The notes under the pieces are model-generated. The model ran no database searches. It saw nothing but the letters and a program-made list of their open reading frames with translations, and was not told the DNA's origin. A DNA stretch of 63,496 bases, the filler included, from Intoshia linei (lineage: Eukaryota; Animalia; Orthonectida), in NCBI GenBank assembly GCA_001642005.1. It is 6 parts of 6 records of this genome, joined end to end, with 100 filler letters (N's around TTAATTAATTAA, not from the genome) between each part and the next. Parts side by side here need not be neighbours in the genome. Positions count along the whole stretch, not along the records: positions 1 to 23,647 come from LWCA01000550.1; 5 more parts are not named here. One strand, 5' to 3'. The position numbers and the translations under genes are program-made. Numbering within the stretch: position 1 is the first letter of the stretch; every line of letters begins with the position of its first letter. Shown here in pieces: positions 1 to 13,164 of the stretch.

Positions 1-2
1 TT

Positions 3-179
3 TTAAAAGATAGACTTGAAAAATCTTTTGATAATATACATTCAGATACAGTCGTTGGATGTATTAGAAAGACAAATTCATACATACAAAAATTGTATTC
101 TGACTTGAATGATGATGACAGTGATATTGAAGATACCAATGCTTATTCTGAAATGTACGATTTTTTTAGTATGATGTAA
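3..179 (+). CDS. 3' end of an ORF running in from the window edge; unknown, possibly the C-terminus of a Tc1/IS630-like transposase
   Basis: Open frame 3-179: LKDRLEKSFDNIHSDTVVGCIRKTNSYIQKLYSDLNDDDSDIEDT...MM*; acidic tail; transposase resemblance is weak. Confidence 0.35.
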   Translation, partial: LKDRLEKSFDNIHSDTVVGCIRKTNSYIQKLYSDLNDDDSDIEDTNAYSEMYDFFSMM

Positions 180-1401
180 AATAAATATATTTTACCCCGT
201 TTGAATAATTTACGGCAGATCAGAATATTTTTTTATTTGCAATACTTAACTTTTATATTAACTCAAACGGACGGCAACATATGTATAGTTTAAGTCAAAT
301 TTAACGGAATTTTTGGAACGTGTAATCAAAATTATAAAATTTCGTTCAACTAGTCTATTTAGTATTTCGATGAAAATATATTTTTTTATTTTAGAGATGA
401 ATTATCTACAGATCAGGACTAATTACACTTGTATATTTTTATTTATAGATGTTTATTTTAGAATAAAAAATTTAAATTATTATTCTGATACTAATGATAT
501 ATTACCATAAAAATGATACTTCCCGGTGGCCAACTAAATATATTGTGGTCACATTTCGATAATTATTATTTTATGTTAAAACACAAGTAACAAATGTTTA
601 TTATTCTTAATTACAATCATACATAAATGTACTTAAATGCAAAAATGAACGAAGGCGTGTCATAATTGTATAATTAATAGCAAACAATCTCGAACCGAGT
701 TATATTTTGCTTTGATTTAATTGGTTTTAGTTATTTTTAATAATTAGTATTTGTTGTTATGCGTTAATTATTTCGAATTTAAAATATTTGCGCTGTGATG
801 AATGAAATGTTTTCTACATTATCTATTTTTTAAATTTTGATTTAAGTCCATTTTAAAGTTTTTATTTACATAGGCCATGTAGGTGACATCCACTGTAAAA
901 AAAATTTTTTTAAATAATTAACTATAAGATAACTATAACTATACAAATAATTAATTGAATAATTCTGATACAGCTTATTCCAGTTGATATAAATACGAAT
1001 TTTCAACCCCAGAAATCTACGCATTCCTCGTGAAAAATATTATATCAACCAATATTTTTCAAATTTTTATGTATTTAACAAGTGCACCCTAAAGTAAAAA
1101 AGGTTAAGAAGCACTGGATTAATTAATGTGACTAGATTAAATAGATATAAAGTTTTTTTAACTTTATTATATAAAAAATGACATTATAGACTTTAATAAA
1201 TAAAACTGACTTTATAGCCTTTATGGTACTTATAACATTTTAATTAGCCAATTAATAAGCATAATATTGGTATTATAATGATATTAATTTTATTTTGATT
1301 AACATATCAAAATTAACATTTATAGCATTTTACTTGCTCTAATGATCCGTGAATGTATAATTACTAACATGTAAATAATAATTATTTATCATATTATAGA
1401 C

Positions 1402-1502
1402 CAGAGGTACCAACCCTTTTTTGATACGATCGACTTTATAATTTTTCAATGAGTGGCGATCGACTAGAAAATCATGTGCGATGGTCAGGTTGGGCTTCCC
1501 TG
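1402..1502. mobile_element. small hAT-type MITE
   Basis: Ends CAGAGGTACCAACC ... GGTTGGGCTTCCCTG; flanks TTATAGAC (1394-1401) and TTATAGAG (1503-1510) form a near-perfect 8-bp TSD; related copy at ~52703-52910. Confidence 0.7.
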
Positions 1503-2244
1503 TTATAGAGCATTAATTGAAAAAAGTGTTTTCGTGTTAAAAAACTCCGTTATTTTTTAAACCCCTTCAATATATATATACACCTTAACAATCAAATTTA
1601 ATAAAAAACGTTATCATAAAAGAAATAGATTCCATAAATTAACAAGGTTCACTTTCGTAGCATTCAAATCTAAAGGTTTGGTCAATGAATATTATTCATT
1701 CACAATATGCATTTCAAATATCAATTGTTAATTAACGGTCTACGGTGTGTCAATATCAAAATTAACCTACCACATTTTATTTGGCTGCCATCAATCTTAT
1801 AGAGAAACCCAATCTTGAAATGGTTCATTTCACTGAATGATCGTTGGAAGAAGATATATTAAAGCTTTTAAAATAACCAACAAATTTTTTTAAGAGAATG
1901 CTAACATTGTATACTTGAGTTTTTAACATATTATCTATATTTTGTAGTATTATTCATATCCATTGCATTATTGGTCCAAGATATGACTTTTAATTGGACA
2001 GATTTAATCGGCCTGTATTAGAGGGACCCAAATTCAGTTGTTTTTGGCAACGCTCGTTTTGGCTTAATCAAATTAAAATGAAGTTAATTTTTTATTTTAA
2101 ACTAATAAATATGAATACATGTAAATATGTATACATAAATACTGTTTTTTAAAATATATAGAAAAAACTAAGTGATAAATTAAAACATTTTCGATGACTT
2201 TAAAAACATTTATAAAAATGTGAAAAAAAAATTTATTAACTTAA

Positions 2245-5200
2245 TCATTCTATTATTATTGGATACTGTTTCCATTTCCCATTTTTATTTTGAAGAAATA
2301 CGCCTTTTGAGTTTTTCGTGGATATGATAATGTTCCCAGCATCAAATTTGTTTGTATCAATTAGTAATCCAGGGTCTATGATAAATAAATAATTTTTAAA
2401 TATATACGCTTATAAGGAAGTGAATTTTATTAAATGTAAATTGAATGCAATTAGTTAACAGGTTTTTATTTTTTTTTCTTAGGGAGAGCAGAACCAGATT
2501 CAAATTTAGACTTAAACTATAAGTCTAGATCCGTAGAAAAGACAGACTTTGGTTGGATAGAATAAATTTTTAAAAAATGTTAATATATTTTAATTACTAA
2601 TCCTAAGTTATAATCTCATCATTTGGACATGTTCAATAATACATTAATATTAAATTATCATTATTATTATTAAATTACTCTTAGAAATGCACATTTCATT
2701 TGTATTTGTTATATTATCTGCTTTACCTTTGGATACCAATGGATTAATTTGACATCTAAATTAAAAAATTGAGAATTTCATAAAAATTCTACATAAATAA
2801 ATTACATTTTATATCTACGAATATATACAACCAAAATTGCACTCGACAAAATAAAAATAATGACAACCACAATCAAAGCCAGTGTTACTAAATATAAATC
2901 ATATAATTGATGTATAGTATTCTGTGAATCAGAGCCAAATCCACCAAGCTGAATCCATCAAAAATAAAAATAGGCCCTAAAAATTTCCAAAAGACGTGAA
3001 TAGTAAAACAATTACATATTTTAAAATGTCCAAATTGATTCACCATCATGTCCAATACCGAAACAGGTTTAATTTTAGCTACTTCCATTTTAACGTTTTC
3101 TGTGAGGTTCGTACCTGTTAACGTAGTATTTTTAATCTTTGTGGAATTTTTTAAAGCAAATGTGTCATACAAAACACTTTCAGTGTTATTGTGTTTTTTT
3201 GCTTTCTTTTTATCATTTTTCAATGTATAATTATTTTTAATGTTAGGTATGGGTGACACAATATTATCATTTTTAGTGTTCGGTATTGGTGACACAATAT
3301 TATCATTTTTAATGTGACTTTTTGTTTTTTTTATAAGAATATTAATATTTTTTGTTTCTAAGTGTGTATTTTGAATTGGCTCAGGTGAGACATTTGAACT
3401 GGAATTTATCTTTTTTTTTTTAGTAACATCTGAACCTACATCAAAAGGTTCATTGTTATGTTTCGTTTCATTTTTAACTTTTATGATTTTTTCTAATGAA
3501 GTGATAGTCGAATGTGGTAAAAGTATTGGATTGTTAACTATTTTTTTAGGGTGATGAGATTTTTCGTCTTTAGAATTATTTTTATCAAATTGTTTGTCAT
3601 TTGATACTGGATTGTTTTTTATTGATAATTCAAATTTTTCTAAAAATAGAATTACAATACAATTATAGATCTAAATAATGATGTCATACATTATCCAATC
3701 CTTTACAAATAAATATAATTATGTAAAAATTAATGTCTGTGTGCTACTGTTTAATTAAAAAATTAAGAGTCCTAGTATTTAAAAACCCAAATTTCTATTA
3801 AATAGTGATGTTCATGTTATCGCAAATTTTATTTTCAGAAATTGAGCCTTTCTGGGTCAAAAATCCAAAGGACCCATTTTTTCAAAAAAATCAGTCTAAA
3901 ATTTAAAATCATTAACATTTTGGTCAATCTCAACCTCAGAAACTGACATCTTCAAGTTCCAAACGGAAAATTAATCTATTTTTTATATAGATATACCAAA
4001 AAAATAGTGGCCAACTATCACGTCAATAAATGCATATTTATCTTCAAAATTAACAATCGGCTTATTTTTGATATTTGAGTAAGTCGCATAGGATAATTAT
4101 TATTTTTTGACATTATTATTATTTTAGTATGCTAATTTGAAAGTTTTTAGCCACATATTGGTTAATATATTGATGTAAAATGGATTTTCTGTTCTTTAAC
4201 GTCAGTTTAATTTTTAAATAAATTAGACTCGTCATTTTGCTTATTTTGAATATTTTCAAATTTGTAGTACAAGTTAAATATATAAGAATAAAAAAGTGTT
4301 TTTATTTTATATGATCATTGAATGAAAAATAATAGATAATAATGGTAAGTAAGGATATGATTTATTTCAGTGGTTCTCAACCCGTGTTCCGTGAAATATA
4401 AATGCGATATTTTTTAATTTAAAGTTTTTCAAAATAAATAAATTTAAAAACTATAAATTGAAAAGTTTCTAAATTAATACAACCAAAAATCATATTTTGA
4501 TATGCTTTTTTAATTAAGATAAATACGATCGGTCAACTTAATTAAAATACTTTTTGTGTTTATTTTAAATTATCTTTTTTAGAATTTAAAAATATTTATT
4601 CTAAGCCAGTTTGTCTAATTTCCTATAATTTAATTCTGCATTTTAATATATTCAGTACTTATTTTAATCAAAACAAGTCATAAAATGGATTAATGTTATA
4701 TATATATATATAGGAAAGATCCAAATTATAAGCTTACTTGCATTGACAGCAATTAAGCATAAGAAACGGGCAAAACTGCTGTCGGTAGAAGAAGAACTTC
4801 GTGTATGTCTCTCAAAAACACGTCCAAGAATTAAAAACCTCTGTAAAAAATATCAGGCCCAAATTTCTCATTGAGAAAGAAAAATATATTTCTTTATTAA
4901 AAATCAAATTGTTTTATATATGCGACATTCGAAAAAAAATATTTGATTATGCTTTTAGGTGCTGCGATTTTTTGAAATTTCATCAGGGTTCCGCGCAGTA
5001 AAAACGGTTGAAAAACACTGATTTATTTCAACGACTACTGTAATTACCATACATGCCTAATGGCCATGGGGTTATAAGTAAAAAATCGACCTATTGTATG
5101 ATTACCCTTTTATAATAATGTGACATCATTTCTGATACCAATTTTATTGATTATAGATCAGGGGTGTCAATTATGCGGCCTCCAATTATGGAATGTGCTT

Positions 5201-8200
5201 CGCGTTATAATATAAATTTTTATTTTTTATACCAATTTTTTACACATATTTTTTACTTTACAGTTTTTTCATATATTTTTCATGATTTATTTATTCATTA
5301 TTACAATTTTAACATTATTTTTACACTTATTCCATTTTTATTATTTCATATTTCATTTTATGAATTAAAATTATTATAAATTAATTAAATCTGTTAGTTT
5401 TAACATAATTTTTTGAGTAAATATTTTTTTGTGCGGCCCGCGTAATAATTTTTTTTTCACATTTGGCCTGCCAAGCAAATTGCGTCTGACACCCCTGTTA
5501 TAGACTAATAAACATAAATTGACGTTGAATATAAATATATTAATGTATAAATATATTGTTGTACGTGCAATGCACGTCGTGCATATCAAAAGAATAATAA
5601 ATTACCTAAATTGATAGAGTAAAGTCTTTTTATATTTTCAATTGTAGATACATACATTTTATGTATATCTTGTTCATTGATGATATCAGAAGTATATAAA
5701 ATAATGGAAAATGTAGAGGGTTCACTAAAATGAAACCAAATATAATTACTAGTTTATTTTAATAATCTCTTTCAAAAGTGACCACCTAAAATGGTAGTTT
5801 ATAAAAATGTATGCATTTTTCTAATTTCTCAATCACCAAAAAGTACATTGTATTTATAATTTTAACAGTTAAAATCGACTTAGAATCTAATACTTTAATT
5901 TCACATACATCAAAAATTAAAAAAATAATTTTAAAGCGATTTATTTGTATTAATAATGTAAACAGTAAATTTAAATTTAAATCATATATCATTATAATCA
6001 CGTTAATAATACAATCTCATGTTCACTTCTCATAATATTATTAATTAAAACTCATTAATTGAAATATATTATTATTAATTATTACTCAATATATTTCACG
6101 TTTCCTGTAGTAACATAAATGTCGGAATAGTTTTGTTTTGCCATTATTTCAATCTATAAATATATTATTTACATGTCTTTTATTATAAATCATAATAATA
6201 TCCTAATTTATGAAATATAGTCAGCTAACGATTCAGCACAAATTGAATTCTGAAATTTCAAAAATTCAAAAAATCTGACGCTTTGTGCGTTCTAGCGAGA
6301 AAATTAATCAAATTTATTGATGGATTTTATGGAACATATACATTTTTGTACATTTCTGATAATAACCAATGCCTTTTTTGTCTATCCAGTACAATTATGT
6401 AGTTGTATCCAGAACCCAACTTACCAATCTCGAGTCCACCATAAAAATGAAAATGAAAAATAGACAAAAAACAATCCGCAAACAACACATAGTGTCATAT
6501 AACCCTAGTCACCTCTCCAGAGGTCTTGACTCCAATATCAAGGTAAGCTAAAAAATCCGTTTTAAAATTAAAAATTCTTTAAAATTAAAAATTTTGACAT
6601 TATTAAAAGGTAAAATCTATATTTTTATGTGGACCTAAGGGTCCACATGGATTATGTTAAAAATTCCTGCTATAATGTGAACAATAAAATTACATAATTT
6701 TTAACATAATGAGGTAATTGTACAATTGATGTATCCGTCTTTTTCCACGATGAAACATGAAGATTAAATCGAGTTTCATATTTACCGTCTATAAATTTAA
6801 TATAATATAGTTAACTATGGTTAACTGTGCCGTATGATGCTCTTTTACGCTATTACTTCTACGTTAAAACAAAGTCTAAGTTATATCTGACTATCGTTAA
6901 AATTTTAAATTATTTCTATTAACAATATCATGCAAACTCTGATGGTCAGTTCATTCACACAGCACACGTAGATTAAAACCTATTATTAAATATTTTAAAA
7001 TAAAATTAACCTCTTTGACAAAAAAATGGAAATTGTTTTGTGCAGTCTTCAAATTGCCAAAAAGCGCCACTACGTATTTTTATTTTAACGCATTTTACAG
7101 TTTCAGACGATTCTGCCGACTGAACATCCCAGTTAGTGTATCCAATATTTCCTGAATGGTTAATATTAGTACAATTTTTTAGAGTTACCGACTTTTACTG
7201 GTATCTCCGTGCATCATACCGATACCTGCTCACAAATATAAACTATACGCATATAAACTATTAGAGAATTTATATTCTATAAAATTCTAGGACATATTTC
7301 ATTTTTAAAATAAATGGTAAAATGTGGTTTTGACCATGAAGGTGTGCGTTTCTGTGGTTGATATTTACGACAATGTTAATGATTTTAAAACGCGTTCCAG
7401 AATTTATGTTTTTTTAATTTTTGGCTGAATTTATTTTTAAATACAAGGGGAAGTTGGGTTTTTGATAATGAAAGACTCAATTTCGGATAAGGAAACTTAG
7501 ATATAAACATCACCCGTGAAACACTGTATTAGAAATTGGTTTTTTCGAAATCTACGACTGTTAATTTTTTAAATAAACGGTAACACACACAAATACAATC
7601 AATTTTATATAAGTAAAGGATTTAATTTAATGAAAGTCATCAGTATTTTAAAAAATTCGTCATACAGTACTGGTTCACCCACTTACTACCCCTCTATATA
7701 TGTGCAGGCATGGCAGTGGAGAGGGACTAGAGTTTCCATATGACCCGGACCTACAATCAGGAGGGCTTCATTTTTTATTTATTAATAGGTAATGTATGAA
7801 AATTTCTTAAGTATACCGAAATTTCGATAACCAATGCGATTTCCAATAATATTTTTAATTTTTAGATAATAAACGATCGATTAAGCAATATATAAAGGTC
7901 CCATTTTTAAAATTTTTTTATAGGGCCTACAATTGACATCTGGACCGGACCTACTGTTGGCTCTGCACGGTCCAGTGTGCAGGTTGGGATCATTACAAAA
8001 TCGATACAAAATTTAATAATGTAAATTAATATTAATCTACTACATTAATGTGTATTAATTTATTATGCTGTTTTGAAAATAATTTTCTCTAAAGGGTTAG
8101 TAAATTTCGATTTTTCTCATAATTAATTGATTGAAAATGTTTATTTAAATTAATGGAAACATTTGTATCAAATTTATCGAAGCACTATGTGCAGGGCTCT

Positions 8201-11200
8201 TATTTTAATATCAAATGAATCGACTATATTTTTTAACGAAAAAATAAAAAATGATCAATCAATCATGATTTAACTTTTTAATAATACACATTGATTATTG
8301 ACACATTTGTACCATTTGTATATTAATTAACTTGACATAAAAAATTAGAATATTATTAAATAAATCATTATAAATTATAGTACTGTAATGAAAAAATGTT
8401 ACCTCTATATTTTTCCACAGTTTCTCGAGTTATATCATACCAAAATTTACAATTGTTATCATTACAATAACCTTCGTATAAATTTTTTGAATCTTCTGAT
8501 ATTATATTGATTAATGATGTTTTTTCAGCATCAGATTCATAGTACAATAAAGACGAATAACCTTTTTCAATACACAATGAATTTGCATCGTACCTATTAC
8601 ATAAAAAAATAATAACACTGCACAACACTCAAAATAGTTTTTGGTTGTAAACAATATTATTATAATTTATAATACAAATTATGTATAGTATACATAATTT
8701 AATTTTGATTGACATCTCCACATTACCGAAAAAAATAAAAAAATTATTCTATCATATTAATTAAGAGAATCCGATTGTAATCAGAAATGAACTGTCAAAT
8801 GTTATTAATTTTTTAAGAAAAATTAACTGTAAATAAAATGAATGAAATGAATTTGACGTGTCAAAAATGAATATAATTTGAGTTGTTACTGATCTTCATT
8901 AATTAATAAATTTGTTAAAATTTTATCCCAAAATTCTTAAAAAAAGTTTGTTTTAGTAAAACCCTTGACTTTTTAAAGATTCGATAGTTAAATCTTCATT
9001 TAAACATTTTTCAATGAAGAATAAAAAATAATTTTAAATTTATTAATAAAAATATTCGAAAACGGTATTTTAGGTTTTTAGGTAATTTTTAAGTGCTATT
9101 ATTTCAGTAACTACATGTAATTTTTTTTTAATTACATATTGTACTACCATATGATTTTATCAACACACTATTTCATTAAATAACAAAAGTTATCCAAAAC
9201 GTTCAAGACTATTGTGCTGTATAATAAATAAATAATGTAAAATGCAGTGCATATGCCATTATTATTAGTACATTATTATTTGGATATATTTCGTATCCAA
9301 CCGGAAAAGACAATGTAAAATGTCCATTGGACATGGAAATTTTATTATTTTTAAAATAAAATTAAAAAATAAATAAATAAATATAATTCTACATGTAATT
9401 ATAATTACCAATTAAGTTTTTCGTGTAATGTACTAACGTAAATACAGTTTTTGTTTATAACACCCCATGGACAATTTTCGTCCTCTATAAAATTAATTGA
9501 TAACTAAAATCTCCGGTAATACTTTTTCTACAGATGAATCTGAAATTTTCATTACAATAATAGTCGCCTACTATAGCTTTATCTTCAGAAGATATTTTAA
9601 TAGCGCCACATTTCTGTCTTCCTTCATAATTATTGGGTTGGTTATTTTCCCAGTTTGTTTTTAATCCTAAAATATAAATGTTTACAGTACAAAGCGATGG
9701 AATTTCCCTCATAAAAGAGTCACATTACAAATAAGATTAATAATAATGACGGAAATAAATACAAGGTGTTTATTTTAAAACTATACATTATTTGAAATGT
9801 TCCAATTGATATTCATAGATTTATGTAAAACATTTGTATAGTCCTTTATATAAAATTAAATGTTTGTGTGTGTGTTTGTGTCTATGTGCTGTGTGTTACC
9901 GTTTATTGAAAAAATTGACAGTCGTAAAATTTAAAAAACCCAATTTCTAATACAGGTTTTCCCGGGACGTGTTTATATCTAATTTTCAGTTTCAAAATTT
10001 TGGTCCTCCAGGGTCAAAAACCCATTTCCACTATTGTTTAAAAATAAAATCCGCCCAAAAATGTAATAAAACATACATTCTGAGACGCGTTTTAAAATCA
10101 TTAAGATTTCGTAAATCTCAGTCTCAGAAACGCATACCTTCATGGTCAAAACCACAAATTATCCTTTTAATTTAAAAATAAAACATGTGATAAAATTTTA
10201 TAATACATAAATTCTGGCAGTTTTTACAATCATAATATTTGAAAATAACTATGAACTGTAATTTTTTTCAAAATTCTGGGATAATTTTCATTTTTTAAAA
10301 AAAGGGTAATATAGGGTTTTGACCCTGAAGATATAATATTGTGGAATTCAAATTTATGACAATGTTCATGATTTTAAAATCTGTATCAGATTCAATATTT
10401 TTTTAGACTATATAACTCGTTTGATTTTCAAAAAAAGGGATTTTGACCGGTAAGATGTAAGTTTATGAAATTGAAATTGATCTTAATTTAACCACCGGAA
10501 AAAACTGTAATGTAAATGATGTTTTATTTAAATAAACGACAACAGACACACACAGACAAACAAAGAGTTTTATATAAGTTAGGATGTGGACAAATTGATT
10601 ATTACATTATTTGTATTTATATAATAGCTAAATAATAAAAGACACAAATTTAAGACAGTCCACTTTAATACAAACCATACAAGGATAACCTTGTATTTCA
10701 AATAGAATTATGAAATTCATAAAAACCTCGTGTATTATATAGTCGAAAACATGATGGAAAAAATTTACAGGTGTTACAATTGGATGATCCAATGTATTTA
10801 TTTGGTTTGGAATTACAATAGCAATCTCCATCGTCCTACATAATGTATAATTAAATTATAAATTAATAATTTATTCAATGAACTTACTGTTATCAAGGCA
10901 TAAATGTGTTTTTCTCCACATTTTTGCAAGCAATCGACTTGGGTAACGTTACTAATTTTTAATCCATAAGTTACATTTTTTAAATTTTTAAAACAGCCTT
11001 GATATTGTACAGGATACCGATCTAAATTTTTATACAATTTATGGTAGCATGATGAAAACTATCCAATCAATATTATAATTATAAAATCGAAGTTTTTACG
11101 ATAAATAACAGCTTCATAGAGCAAACAGTAGGCCAGGTCATATCAAAATTATATGATATGAATTTATTACTAATACGAATAATAATTAAAAAGTATACAT

Positions 11201-12016
11201 CATAGAATCTACAAATTAGATGGTGATACCAACAATAACACACTCCGTTGAGTAAAAATTGAAAGCATTAAAAAATATTTAAAGCATTTTTTATAAAATT
11301 GAATGTCAGTGTGTTACTGTTTAAATAAAAAATGTAGAATCCTAGAATTAAAAAAACCCAAATTCTAACAGTTTTTGAAGAGTGATGCAGTCCACTCAAT
11401 ACTTGTAATAAAATACTTATCCATTTTATTTTATTACCATATCCATACTCATAAAATACACCAACATCCAAAATCACACTAAACCTTAAAACTTAAATAA
11501 ATACATATTAATTTATCATGAACCGTAAATAAACAGTTCGATACCGAATATGGTTTCTATTAAAGTTTATACTTGAATAATAGATTCTGATTGAAAATAC
11601 ACTATGTATGACGCATATTGTAATATTAAAATATTGCTAAAAATTAGTATATTACTGATACTATAATGCCAGTCTTTGGAATTTGATCTATCATGAGCAT
11701 TTATCCAAATGTAGTCAAACTGATAAGATTGCATAATGTTTTTTGTTTGGTCAGATTCAACAAAGTTGTTTGGAACATATAACTCGCCTTTTAAATCATA
11801 GCATGTCATGATAGCTTCATTCCATGACTTTGGCTCCTCGTGAAACCAAATGCATGAAGATTTATTGGTCCCAATGTCATGATATTCTAAAACATGAATA
11901 TCACTTATAAAATCATTACAAACTATAAAATAATTGTAAAAATTATATAAATTACCTTGAACACTATCAGCATTGATAAAACAAAACAATAAAATAATGC
12001 AAAATTCAGGAATCAT
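2245..12016 (-). CDS. multi-exon type-I membrane C-type lectin receptor (signal peptide, CTL, WSC-like, two more CTL, MAM-like, low-complexity stalk, TM, tail); middle exons partly degenerate
   Basis: Signal peptide MIPEFCIILLFCFINA at 12016; CTL motifs CIWFHEEPKSWNEAIMTC..IWI, TNWENNQPNN..KCGAI..YCNENFRFIC, CPWG..NCIYVS..LNW|YDANSLC, YTNWD..KCVKI..WQFEDCTKQFPFFCQ; WSC-like YQGCF..VTQVDCLQKC..YAL|DDGDCYC; TM VTLALIVVVIIFILSSAILVVYIRRYK (~2806-2888); last exon ends at 2245. Linking all exons into one gene is inferred. Confidence 0.7.
3236..3314 (-). repeat. 36-bp coding tandem repeat (about 2.2 copies, KNDNIVSPIPN[TI])
   Basis: ggtgacacaatattatcattttta repeats at 36-nt spacing within the stalk exon. 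Confidence 0.85.
4368..5020 (+). mobile_element. non-autonomous hAT (Charlie/Buster-type) deletion derivative
   Basis: TIRs CAGTGGTTCTCAACC / GGTTGAAAAACACTG; perfect 8-bp TSD ATTTATTT (4360-4367, 5021-5028); keeps transposase C-terminus LTAIKHKKRAKLLSVEEELRVCLSKTRPRIKNLCKKYQAQISH* (~4740-4874). Confidence 0.9.
5159..5497. mobile_element. hAT MITE
   Basis: Perfect 11-bp TIR CAGGGGTGTCA/TGACACCCCTG; TSD TTATAGAT/TTATAGAC; subterminal GCGGCC motifs. Confidence 0.9.
7285..7620 (-). repeat. copy of the abundant modular dispersed repeat
   Basis: Reverse complement of the TCCT..CTTATATAA..(GT)n..GGTCAAAACC consensus seen at 9842, 12610, 25566 and 62849. Confidence 0.75.
7709..7975. mobile_element. 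hAT-like MITE
   Basis: Perfect 8-bp direct repeat TGTGCAGG at 7701-7708 and 7976-7983; imperfect TIR CATGGCAGTGGAGAG / CTCTGCACGGTCCAG; internal CCGGACCTAC repeats. Confidence 0.7.
9842..10584. mobile_element. foldback-like element: two diverged arms of the modular repeat in inverted orientation
   Basis: Left arm TCCTTTATATAAAA..(GT)n..GGGTCAAAAACCC; right arm ends with the reverse complement ..GGGTTTTGACCCTG..(AC)n..TTATATAAGTTAGGA. Confidence 0.7.
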
Positions 12017-12609
12017 AATTTGTCTGAATTAATAATTGAATTTTATGTAAAATTACTTTCAATATATTAATTTTATTCTTATTTGTATGTTTTAGTTTCC
12101 ACGAAACTTTTAGCCATGATTTTCAGTATATATAAGCCGGAAAAATTTGACTATTCATTGTATAGTTAATAGTAAATTGTTACAATAAAATTTTGTGTTT
12201 TGTATTTTGTATACAAATTTACAGCAATGTATTTATATCAATATATATAAAATTTTAATACAACTTAATTTTACATTCACTATAATAGACTTTTAAACGA
12301 GTCTCATTATCTCAAGCGTATCCATTTTTCTATAATTGATCGTTTTAGATATTATTATTAATGATTTACCGTTTGGTAAAATTTTGACACCATTAATTAA
12401 TTACACTATACAGTGGTATATGTAGTATAGTGACTATACCATCATAATTTATTTTGTTAGTATTATGTTTAAAATCTAAAATTTAGATTTACAATTCGCA
12501 TTCAAATAAAGTGAATGTTAATTAACTTTTAACTTGTACATTTTATTGTATGATGTTTTGTATTCTGTTCGTTTATATTTACATTTGTAGACAAATCAAT
12601 GAGGTATAA

Positions 12610-13130
12610 TCCTTACTTATATACTAATAATATAGTAATATGCTACGCAATATTTGTTTGTGTGTGTGTGTTCCACTTTATTTCAATAACTACCAGTCTT
12701 AGAATTTTATAATGTCCACATTCATATAACAGTTTTTTCCGGGTAATAATAAGATAAATGTCAACCTCCCAAACTCCCACCTTACGGGTCAAAAACCCCA
12801 ATTATCCTTTTTTTTGTAAATCAAGCGAGTTGGAGAATATAAAAAAATATATACGCTGATACGGATTTTAAAATCATAAAAATGACCATAAATTTAAATT
12901 TAAAAAAATTATATCTTCAGGGCCAAAACCCCAAATTCCATTCCTTTTTTAATGAAAACAGCCCTAGAGTTTCAAAAAATGTACAGGTTTTACAGTTGTA
13001 CCATGTTAACAGACACAAAAAATTTCAATTCGAATAAGTGACGACTTCACGGTAAAAAAAGCATTTTACTATTCATATATTTTTTTCGAAATATTTTATT
13101 AAAACAAAAAATGTGAAATAATTAACGATA
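12610..13130 (+). repeat. copy of the modular dispersed repeat
   Basis: Close match to 25566-25920 and 62849-63350 (TCCTTACTTATATA..GCTACGC..(GT)n..CTTACGGGTCAAAAACCCC..CTTCAGGGCCAAAACC). Confidence 0.85.
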
Positions 13131-13164
13131 GAAGGAAAATGTAATCTCATTTTTTCTTGAAAAC

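Noticed and set aside
313-6035. Many 60-75 aa F/I/L/K/N/Y-rich ORFs in the track, here and throughout the window
   Set aside because: Expected by chance in AT-rich DNA or inside repeats; no motifs or splice support
6220-7230. UGA-to-Trp reassignment suggested by TGA at Trp-like positions here and in Tc1 and piggyBac
   Set aside because: Intact genes (Rab1, CDK12, CDC23) use TGG for Trp and have no in-frame TGA; TAA/TAG stops and frameshifts also occur in the decayed regions
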